NCBI GenBank assembly: GCA_043228905.1
Contig: JBHGNT010000550.1
Location: 1-20,991, forward strand
Reading direction: 5' to 3'
Length of the DNA: 20,991 nucleotides
Source of the DNA: Azolla caroliniana
Lineage: Eukaryota > Plantae > Polypodiophyta
In this document: positions 1 to 8,510 of the stretch, piece after piece
Layout: every line of letters starts with the position of its first letter
Numbering within the stretch: position 1 is the first letter of the stretch
Position numbers and translations under genes: made by a program
The notes under the pieces: generated by a model
Database searches by the model: none
Seen by the model: only the letters and a program-made list of their open reading frames with translations
Told to the model about the DNA's origin: nothing

Positions 1-316
1 AAGCTCAAAAGGTCCGGGAAATTTGGATGTTGATTGCAGGCTTCACCCTATGGTATGTATGGAAAGCACGTTTCCTAAAGGTCTTCCAAGATCTGGTATG
101 CCCTCCAGAGGAAGTGATCATGGATATATGGTTCGCGATTATTAGGTGCTTGTGAGGCAAATTGGACGAGGTTTGCGGTCACTGCAACGATGTGTTCACT
201 GCCCATTTGCACTTTTGGCAAAAATGGCAGAACACACCCATGGTGATGCAACGAGGAACTGGCATGAGGTGGTGCTACCAGCCCCCACGCTGGCTATTTC
301 CTACTCACCTCCCACT
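1..316 (+). mobile_element. 3' end of a decayed L1-type LINE ORF2
   Basis: Frame 3 reads ...IWMLIAGFTLWYVWKARFLKVFQ...WCYQPPRWLFP, matching the WxxWKxRNxxxF motif at the C-terminus of plant L1 ORF2. It has one in-frame TGA and is cut by the LTR starting at 317. Confidence 0.7.
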
Positions 317-336
317 TGTCATAGAAAGGATGCCAC

Positions 337-410
337 GATGGAATGTAGGGGGTTGAACTCATGACCTCCTGGTCTTATTGGGCAACCTTATCAATCAAGC
401 TACATCCATC
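337..410 (-). other. Degenerate tRNA-like (Pol III A-box/B-box) unit in U3 of LTR A, antisense to the element
   Basis: Minus strand reads GATGGATG-TAGCTTGATTGATAAGG...GAGGTCATGAGTTCAACCCC...CATTCCATC. It is 74 nt, T8-to-G53 spacing is 44 nt (canonical 45), and the ends are self-complementary like an acceptor stem. Confidence 0.6.
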
Positions 411-465
411 TATGCATTATTGTATTATATAAGATTCAACTTATTACATTGTAGGTTAATCACTA

Positions 466-519
466 GAACTTTCAAGATACTTCTAGAGAATGCATCTTCA
501 TGCGCTCTCTAGAAGTTTC
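466..519. promoter_or_regulatory. Degenerate heat-shock-element arrays in LTR A
   Basis: GAA-ct-TTC-aa-GAT-ac-TTC-ta-GAG (466-488) and CTC-ta-GAA-gt-TTC (507-519), upstream of the TATA at 550. Confidence 0.5.
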
Positions 520-688
520 CTAGGTTACATGCATACCTCCACATTCTTGTATAAATACTTGGGTGCACCTTGATTACAATTAAGGTGAACAACACCAATT
601 ACGGAAGCATAATATCAGTTCTTGTTCTCTTGTCTATATTCTCTCTCTCTCTCTTAGTATTTAGCTTCATCTACTCGTCCGTGATAGT

Positions 689-699
689 TTGTTCACCTT
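689..699 (+). other. Self-complementary primer binding site of element A
   Basis: TTGTTCACCTT lies 2 nt after the LTR end and is the exact reverse complement of AAGGTGAACAA (582-592). There is no TGG tRNA-type PBS. Confidence 0.8.
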
Positions 700-715
700 C
701 ATTCTTCTTGCTACC

Positions 716-1763
716 ATGTCCGACTTTGTTAACAACTTAAACCAAGTAATGGCAACCTTGGAACAACTTCAACTAGAAAATGAAATCCTTTGTGGATCTT
801 TACGAGAGCTTCAAAATGGCAAATCCAACAACCCCCCACCCGCCGAGCCTCACCCTTCGTCAGCACCAAGCCCAACCCCTTCCTCTTCCCATCCATATGT
901 TCTTGAACCTAGTGTCAGCCTACCCGACAAATTCAACGGCTCGAGGGTGCATCTTCGCGGCTTCATCAATCAAATTCGGGTTATCATCTATTTTCAACCC
1001 CAACATTATGCTAGATATTTCTCTCAGGTCGGCCTCGTTGGCACCCTTCTCTCTGGACCGGCACAAGCGTGGTTTGCGCCATTGATTGAGACCTCATCCC
1101 CACTCTTAGACAACTTCCTTTCCTTCCTTGAAGAGTTTGAAGCCACATTCGGGAGAGACAGACCAATGACGAACGACACTCACGAAGCTCTATTCCTTAC
1201 AACAAGGCTCCCATCCGGCCTCCATCTATGCTTCAAAGTTTCGTCAGATTGCGTGCGATGTTAGCTGGGATGACCAAACCTTACACGACCATTTTCGTCG
1301 AGGCCTCCGAAACGATGTCAAGACTCTTCTCTTAAACTTTTTGGAGCCCACATCGTTGTCTCAAGTAATCTCCCAAGACGTTCAATGTGATAATCATCTT
1401 TTTGAGCTTCGATAGGAGGAACATGGGACTCGAGGATTTCAGTCTTCCTCCCACAACGCTCACATCACAAGGTCATATGTACCAATTTCACCAACAACGC
1501 CACGGTTGCCATCCTCCAATGATACTCATACCCAGATGGAGATCGACCCCCATACCCCAATGGAGATCGACCATGCTTGGTTCCAACCATTAACCGATGC
1601 CCAACGACGACATCGACGCGACAATGGCCTCTGCCTCTATTGTCATACCCCCGGCCATGTCATCCGCCATTACCCAGTGTGAAGCCCTCATCATCAATCC
1701 TACCGTGCACGTCTTGCGGAGGTTTCTTGACAACAAGAAAACGACCAAGTCCGGCTGCAGTAG
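716..1763 (+). pseudogene. gag: gag of element A (frameshifted)
   Basis: EPSVSLPDKFNGSR...LLSGPAQAWFAPL capsid-like segment, duplicated PMEID-type motif, and zinc knuckle CLYCHTPGHVIRHY with the last Cys lost. Ends ENDQVRLQ-TAG. Confidence 0.85.
1527..1572 (+). repeat. 24-bp tandem duplication in gag A
   Basis: CATACCCAGATGGAGATCGACCCC followed by CATACCCCAATGGAGATCGACC; duplicates the xMEID motif. Confidence 0.85.
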
Positions 1764-1788
1764 GAGCCATGCCGTTGGATGCTTCCTA
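1736..1788 (+). promoter_or_regulatory. Putative -1 ribosomal frameshift signal (slippery site plus pseudoknot), element A
   Basis: A-GAA-AAC, 6-nt spacer, stem 1749-1759/1770-1780, and loop TAGGA pairing with TCCTA (1784-1788). Pol is in the -1 frame relative to gag. Confidence 0.65.
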
Positions 1789-2309
1789 TTACCCTACTTC
1801 TCCGTGCTCCTACAATTCAGTTACACCAGCAGGAGGTTTTACTTTGCAAGTAAGTCTTTATTTTGGGTCTACTTCAATACAATCCCATGCCTTCCTCGAT
1901 TCTGGTGCATCTACTTGTTTCATTGATATCTTGTTCGTCCAAGCACATAATATCCCCACCGTCCGCACAACACAACCCATATCCGTTGAAGCTATTGACA
2001 GACGGGTTCTCTCTTCGAGGGCGGTTACCGAAGCCACTGTCCCATTGGTACTTCAAGTAGGGTCCCACCATGAGGTGTTAATGTTCTACCTCATTGTAAC
2101 CCCTTGACATCCGATTGTTTTAGGGCTATCTTGGTTGGAAACACACAATCCGACGATGGATTGGTTCAACCGTTCCATCACTTTTTCATAGACACCAATG
2201 CAGGGTCACGACTCCCCACACTGTTACTTGTGTGGGGGTTGCTTTCAGCTTGGTTGCGCATTCTTCCGATTTCAACTCAGTCTCCAACACTGTTGATTCC
2301 GTTGTGGCT
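1736..2309 (+). pseudogene. pol: pol N-terminus (aspartic protease) of element A
   Basis: AFLDSGASTCFID motif, then after an in-frame stop HPIVLGLSWLETHNP. Confidence 0.85.
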
Positions 2310-2722
2310 TGTCGAGACTCGTGGGTAGGAGAGAGTGAGAGCGAGAGCGAGAGCGGAAGAGAGAGGGTGTGTGTGTGCGTGAGAGAGTGAGAGAGAGTGA
2401 GAGAGATAAGACTTGAAATAGAAATGAGATTATATTATGGTGAAACAAGATTACAATGAGTAGGCTAAGGGCTAAAGATTGGTGTTGAACCGAATGAGTT
2501 GAAAGGAATGTATGGACACTTATTTATAGATCCTTATGGAGTATTCTAGAATGTTCTAGAATATTTTAGATTTTTATGATAACAAATATAATCATGAAAT
2601 ATTAAAGGATGTTCTAGAATATTCTAATATCTCGTAATAACTAAAAATATAATTATTATAATCACACAACATTTATGTTATTTCAATGGTTAAGGGTTCA
2701 ACACATAGACCAAGAAGTGACA
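2310..2722 (-). repeat. 3' LTR of element B (413 bp)
   Basis: Direct repeat of 7320-7786 with roughly 15 substitutions by eye. It lacks a 20-bp HSE unit and a 40-bp segment near the U3 start. Confidence 0.95.
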
Positions 2723-2735
2723 TTATCCCCCCTTT
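2723..2735 (-). other. Polypurine tract of element B
   Basis: AAAGGGGGGATAA on the minus strand immediately before the TGTCA of the 3' LTR. Confidence 0.85.
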
Positions 2736-2785
2736 CGATGACGAGTTCCACGAGTCGGAAGACAAGAGTTTGGACTTGGTTTATG

Positions 2786-2944
2786 GGGATATTTGTCATG
2801 AAATGCAACAACCATGTCGGAGGCATTAGCAAGATGCTCAACATGCTCCCTTGTTCGATCATTAGGTGTATAACCTAACCAATCAACCAAATAATATAGT
2901 TTGTTGCAGATGATCTTGGAGTCAAGAATGGCAGTAACCTCATA
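2786..2944 (-). other. Chromodomain at the integrase C-terminus
   Basis: YEVTAILDSK...YYLVDWLGY...EHLANASDMVVAFH; the Y/W/Y aromatic cage residues of group I chromodomains are retained. Confidence 0.9.
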
Positions 2945-5900
2945 TTTAGAGCCATTGGAAACTTCGATTGGAGGTGGGGGAGGTGTAAGACGTCCCGAAA
3001 TAGATCTTGTTGTGTAGGGCTCCAAAAGTGAAACATGGAAGACCGGGTGAAGACGCATATGAGGAGGGAGATCAAGACGAAATGTCACATCATTGATGTT
3101 ACCAGAGATCACATATGGGCCGAAACGTTGATAATCCAATTTGTAGCAAGGTCAGGTGGTTTTAATGCTACCTTCTAAGAGCCATACACGATCTCCTACT
3201 TGAAACGTAGTCGATGAATCACGCTGATGATGATCAACAATCTTCTTTTGAGTGTTTTGGGCATCACATAAATGATGCAAAAGTATATCCTGAACTTCTT
3301 AGAGTCGAGTGAGTTGATCTTCAGCAGTTGGGTTTTGCGGGAGTTCAGGATGTTCAAGCATCGTCCAATGAGGATGGTACCCAATGTTAGCGAAAAATGG
3401 GGAATATCCAGTAGAAGAATGTTCGGAGTTGTTATAAGCAAATTCCACCAAATGTAATAAATCCACTCAATCATCTTGTTGATAGTTGACAAAACAACGT
3501 AGATATTGTTCGACTGTTTGGTTGGTGCGCTCACTCTGCCCATTAGTCTTTGGATGGTAGCCGGAAGAGACTTTACAAGAAGTATGTAAGAGTTTGAACA
3601 TGTGCCGCCAAAATTTCGAGATGAATTGGGGACCCCGATCACTGATAACATCATCTGGAAGACCATGATGGCGAAACACCTCCCGCATGAGTAAATCGGT
3701 TGTCTCTTGACTAGTAATGGTCTTCGTGCATGGAAGGAAATGCGTCATCTTCGTAAAACAATCGACTACCATGAGAATAGAATCAAATCCCTTGGAAGGT
3801 GGAAGATCTGTAATAAAGTCCAAGGAAATAGATTTCCATGGGCTCTTTGGAATAGGCATTGGCTGTAATACGCCATATGGATGATGTCGAGGCTTTTTTG
3901 ATCGACAACATGTATCACAACTACGAACATAATCCGTAACAAAATGGCGAAGCCGTGGCCACCAATATCGGTTAGAAATCAACTCAAAAGTCTTATAGAT
4001 GCCGAAATGTCTAACCATTAGCGTGTCATGACATTGTTGCACGACTTTGAGTCGAGAAGGACCGTCAAGCACATACAAGAGAGTTTGTCGAAAAAGCAAA
4101 CCATCATGCCAATTGAACTAGGTGTAGTCTAGACAAGGATTTTGAGATTGGGAGCTGGAAGCACAATCTGGGATAATATGTCTCAAAACCTCTCGGGCGA
4201 ATGCATCAGTCGCAATCTGCTCCCGAATGGAATCAAGAAGCCTTGAATCTCCCGGTGTGTTGATAGTATGTATTGCCATTACTCGTAGACGATGAGGACC
4301 TAAGAGGATTTGCTTTTGACTTTCAAATACAGCCTCTCCTGGTTGAAGTTCCATATACGAACGTCGAGACAAAGCATCTGCTTTTCCTTGTTGAATCCCA
4401 GGGCAATATAGAATTACAAAATCAAAACGAGGTAAGAATTGCACCCAACGAGCTTGTCGACAATTCAAGACTCGAGCACTTTGGAAGTATGTTAGATTTT
4501 TGTGATCATTGTAGACAATAATCTGTTGAGAAAAACCCTGCAAAAAATGACGCCATTGTTGAAAAGAATCCACAATTGCAAGAAACTCTTTGTCGTGAAT
4601 CTCATAGTTGATTTCCGCAGTTTCAAATTTCCGTGAGTGAAAAGCCACAGGGTGCAATTCTCCATCTTCGCCAATCTGGGATAGTACGCTTCTGAGTGCG
4701 AAATCAGATGCATCAGTTTCAAGTATAAAGCACCTCATTGGATCGACATGCATTAAAATTGGTGCAGATGTAAACGCTTGCTTTAAACCCTCAAATGCAG
4801 AGTTCGCATCTATACCCCATACAAATGGTTGATTCTTGCAAGTTAGTTGAGTGAGGGGCAATACAGTCTTTGAATAATCTTTGATGAACTTGCGATAAAA
4901 GTTTGCGAACCCCAAAAAACATTGTACATCTCGCACAAACTGTGGTTTTTGCCAATCCAAAATTGTTTGAACCTTTGATGGATCCATAGAGATGCCATTT
5001 GAAGAGACTATGTACCCCAAAAATTCCACTTGAGACTGGTCGAAACTACACTTCTCCAATTTTGCATAGAGACCATATTCTTGTAACCGTTGCAAAACTT
5101 GGCGAACATGTATCTAATGCTCCTCTTGAGTTTTTGAGTAGATCAAGATATCATCCAAGTAAACTATGATGAAGATATTGAGGAAGTCTCGAAAAATGTC
5201 ATTCTCCATATGTTGGAAAACTGTTGGTGCATTCGTGAGACCAAATGGCATCATTGTATACTCAAAATGACCATAGCGAGTGCGGAACGCGGTCTTCCAT
5301 TCATCCCCAGGACGAATTCGAACAAGGTTGTAGGCACCTCGAAGATCTAACTTTGTGAAATACTTTGCACCCATGGAGGCTCTTTTCCTGGTTGCAAATC
5401 AATCGGGCAATCATATGGTCGATGCTCTGGTAATCTATTAGCCTTCACCTTATCGAACACATCGGAGAATTCTATGTACTTCTTTGGTAATTGGGACCCC
5501 AATTCTTGTGAGCTAGATGAGGGAGTTGCTAAAACCGCAAACACCATCATGTCTTCCTTCCTTCCATCCTCTCGTAACTGATGTATAGAGATTGTTGTAA
5601 TCGTGTGCAATCCTAGATCCATTGTTGGAGTTTCAAGAGACTCGGACTGTACTGTGACCTCTTCAATAGTTCTTTTTCTCCAATCAATAGTTGGGTTGTG
5701 TAACTCAAACCAAGGAAGACCAAGAACTAGAGAGTGCTCTGTACTACTAATGATGTTGAATGAGATGATACTAGCCAAATTACTTAGGACTACACGAATT
5801 GGTTCAGACTCTTCGACTATATCACCTGATGCTATAGGGCGACCATCGATGACTCCTATAGCTACTAGGTTCGGGAGCTTGTTCAAGATGATGTCTTGGG

Positions 5901-6068
5901 TCAATGCAAACTCGTGATCCATGAAACAAGAATTGGCTCCAGAATCTAGGAGGGCAGAGGCTAGGACTCGATGACCTGTAGATGTGCTAAGCTCAACTTG
6001 TGTAGAAAAAACTCTAATAACTTGATTTGATGAAATGGAACCACAACTAGGTACTAACTCTACATATC

Positions 6069-6120
6069 TAGGATGGTCCAACCAAATGGCTCCTATTTTG
6101 GTTGGACTTATTCATTTAAC
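6069..6120 (-). promoter_or_regulatory. Putative -1 frameshift signal (slippery site plus pseudoknot), element B
   Basis: G-TTA-AAT (6120-6114), 6-nt spacer, perfect 11-bp stem GTCCAACCAAA/TTTGGTTGGAC, loop ATAGGAGCCA, downstream TCCTA. Confidence 0.7.
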
Positions 6121-7235
6121 ACATCCTCTAATTGGCTCAAGACATCAAATCTATTCTCATGGCATGGGTTATTAGGCTTAATAGTTAAGTTATTAGAATT
6201 GATAGTATAACTCGAGGTAGGGTTGTCATATGCACTTACTTGGTAAACTTGACGTCTAGGTTTATGTGGACAATTCACAGCAATATGTTCTGGACCACCA
6301 CAATAGAGGCATAGGCGATGCGCCCGACGTCGTTGTTTCTTAGCATTTGATAAAGGCCCTCGACATTGTGTTGACTCTATTTCCATCAAAGTGGGATCAT
6401 CCCTCGTAATGGGTCTGGGAACTTGTGGCGGTGTTGCGACTATTGAAGCATACGTCTGTTCTGGTTGGTGGCGTAGCATTTGTTGACGTTCAGAACATCA
6501 CTCAAATAGGTGATTATCACATCACACAGCTCGACTAATGGCCTTTGTAAGAGACTTTGGATCTTCGTGGAAAGTAAGAAGAAGATCTTTGACATCGTTA
6601 CCCAAACCCTGACGAAATTGATCCATTAAGGCTGCCTCATCCCAAGGTATCTCACATGCTAAGAGACGGAAATGTGTTGCGTAGGCTGAAACGGGACGAT
6701 CTCCTTGTCAGAGTCTTCGAATCTTGTTTATTGCCATTCTAGTGCTATCAGTGTCTCCAAAACTAGCTTGAAACTCTTTAACGAATGCCTCGAAATCCTC
6801 CAACAATGGTGATTTCTTCTCTAGAAGTGGTGCAAACCATGCTAATGATGTACCACTTAGCAAGGTTCCTATTAATCCCACATGAGCAGCATCAGTTGGG
6901 TGTCCATTGGGATGTAACTGAATCACCAAGCGGACTTGATTCAGGAAACCTCGAAACAAAGATCGGGTACCATCAAACTTGGCAGGGAGGCTAATATTTG
7001 GTTCCCTTGGGGAGTTTTGAACCCCCGCCGCTTGTTCTCGTAATGTTAATATAGTAGCCTCGAGTTGATGAACCCGTTGTGATAACTCCTCATATTGATG
7101 AGCTTTCTTGGTACTCACTTGTTGTAAATCCCCGAGTAGCCTATGATTTTCTTGCTCTAATGCCACAAACTTAGTTGTGAGCATGTCGAGCTTAGAAAGG
7201 ACACGCATATACTCTTGCTTGCTCACAGATTCCAT
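6093..7235 (-). pseudogene. gag: gag of element B
   Basis: MESVSKQEY, coiled coil, EPNISLPAKFDGTR, CCHC knuckle CLYCGGPEHIAVNC. In-frame TGA stops are consistent with CGA deamination. Confidence 0.92.
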
Positions 7236-7306
7236 AACTAAGGGGGGGAAATAAAGAAGGGAAAAGAAGAAAGCTTGCTAGGGTTATTGGAAAAGGAAAC
7301 AGAAAG

Positions 7307-7317
7307 ATTCGGTTCAA
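7307..7317 (-). other. Self-complementary primer binding site of element B
   Basis: TTGAACCGAAT lies 2 nt after the LTR end and is complementary to ATTCGGTTCAA (7499-7489, minus strand). Confidence 0.82.
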
Positions 7318-7547
7318 ACTGTCGAGACTCGTGGGTAGGAGATAGAGCGAGAGCGAGAGTGATAGCGAAAGAGAGAGGGTGTGTGTGTGCATGAGAGAGA
7401 GTGAGAGAGATAAGACTTGAAATAGAAATGAGATTATATTATGATGAAACAAGATTACAATGAGTAGGCTAAGGGCTAAAGACTGGTGTTGAACCGAATT
7501 AGTTGAAATGAATGTATGGACACTTATTTATAGATCCTTATGGAGTA

Positions 7548-7648
7548 TTCTAGAATGTTCTAGAATATTTTAGATTTTTATAATAACAAATATAACCATG
7601 AAATATTAAAGGATGTTCTAGAATAATCTAGAATGTTCTAGAATATTC
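7548..7648. promoter_or_regulatory. Heat-shock-element arrays in LTR B
   Basis: TTC-ta-GAA-tg-TTC-ta-GAA (7548-7565) and TTC-ta-GAA-ta-aTC-ta-GAA-tg-TTC-ta-GAA-ta-TTC (7616-7648). Copies at 2544-2561 and 2612-2624. Confidence 0.7.
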
Positions 7649-7695
7649 TAATATATCGTAATAACTAAAAATATAATTATAATAATCACATAACA

Positions 7696-7767
7696 TATAT
7701 GTTATTTCAATGGTTAAGGGTTCAACACATAGACCAAGAAGTCATGGGTTCGATTCTTGATAAGCCA
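7696..7767 (+). other. Degenerate tRNA-like (Pol III A-box/B-box) unit in U3 of LTR B, antisense to the element
   Basis: TATTTCAATGGTTAAGG (A-box-like, from 7703) ... GAAGTCATGGGTTCGATTCT (B box 7747-7757) ... GCCA. T8-to-G53 spacing is 45 nt. Confidence 0.62.
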
Positions 7768-8009
7768 AAATGTTGTCTTCATGACATGGCTGATTCCAAC
7801 TTGGTCGCTTCTGTGCCATGGGACATCTTTGTTCCTATCATCAATTTGCCCGCAAGATGTAGCGACTTTTTGGATATGTTCGAAAAGTGAAATGCGAACA
7901 GGTTACCGACACATCGCCCCTAAGATTGCCCAATCGAACTCCAAGATGGTGCGCATCCACCATTTGGGCCCATCTATGGGCTATCTGAACCCGAAGTTGA
8001 CGCTCTTCA

Positions 8010-8500
8010 TGTGCGGAATAACGCTCAGCAAAAACCGAGTCTTAAACTCAATGGAAGAACAAAATAGAAATGGAAGAACACTTACACAAACAATAGAGAG
8101 GACACTGGATGTTTATGTGGAAAACCCTAAATGGGAAAAAAAACCACGGGAGGCCACAAACTCCAACTACCACTATGAGAAGAAGGGTACAAGGAGAGAC
8201 TCAGAGGCAACGACCTCGAGCTCTATACCTTCCCCAACCGGCAGTAACAACAGAAAGACTTGAATTTGTATCTCTCTTTCTCTCTCTCTCTCTCTCTCTG
8301 CAACCTCTGTACAACAATATATCGACACACACATAAAGTCATTGCCCTAAGTCCTATTTATACTTATATGACTTTAGGACTATTTACAAATGTGGCCATG
8401 ACAGGCACACTAGAAACATATTTACATATATGTTCCTGGATCCTGTTCACACTAGATTCGCCCTATCCGAATCTCATCCGAAGGGACTGAATTCCCAACA
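8010..8500 (-). repeat. 3' LTR of copia C
   Basis: Begins TGTTGGGAAT on the minus strand after PPT GAAGGGGGGGTT (8512-8501). Homologous to 13151-13642, contains a (CT)n tract. Left boundary uncertain by about 10 bp. Confidence 0.88.
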
Positions 8501-8510
8501 AACCCCCCCT

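Larger units (their letters stand above)
317..686 (+). repeat. 5' LTR of element A
   Basis: Starts TGTCAT like the LTR of B and ends GTGATA (CA end mutated). TATAAATA at 550-557. Followed by GT, the PBS and the gag ATG at 716. Confidence 0.8.
2723..6120 (-). pseudogene. pol: pol of element B (PR, RT, RNase H, integrase, chromodomain), disrupted
   Basis: LLDSGANSCF; [23 protein letters not shown] (5150-5161); LETDASDFA; HFG...CDTC; SLDFITDLP, SDRGPQF, NGQSER; FGPY. Several stops and frameshifts, and an RT N-terminal deletion near 5370. Confidence 0.95.
2310..7786 (-). mobile_element. Chromovirus (Tcn1-like Ty3/gypsy) element B with two LTRs, nested in A
   Basis: Two TG...CA LTRs, 5-bp TSD TGGCT (2305-2309 and 7787-7791), order gag-PR-RT-RH-IN-chromodomain, PPT present. 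Confidence 0.96.
7320..7786 (-). repeat. 5' LTR of element B (467 bp)
   Basis: TGTCATG...CTCGACA on the minus strand, TATAAATAAG at 7532-7523, CT/CA-rich U5. Confidence 0.95.
317..8009 (+). mobile_element. Ty3/gypsy chromovirus-type (Tcn1/Tf1-sushi-like) element A; 5' half only, split by element B
   Basis: 5' LTR 317-686, gag, and protease up to 2309. Pol resumes after the TSD at 7792 (LPARCSDFLDMFEK*NANRLPTHRP*DCPIELQDGAHPPFGPIYGLSEPEVDALH) and ends at the copia LTR near 8010. Gag is homologous to that of B. Confidence 0.88.

Noticed and set aside
337-410. Functional tRNA gene (also 7696-7767)
   Set aside because: The D, anticodon and T stems pair poorly, no anticodon can be assigned and there is no terminator. 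Kept only as a tRNA-like unit.
7192-8490. Plus-strand ORFs 7192-7452, 7757-8263, 8109-8336 and 8260-8490, plus 2675-2878
   Set aside because: They run across LTRs and element junctions, include simple repeats and show no motifs.
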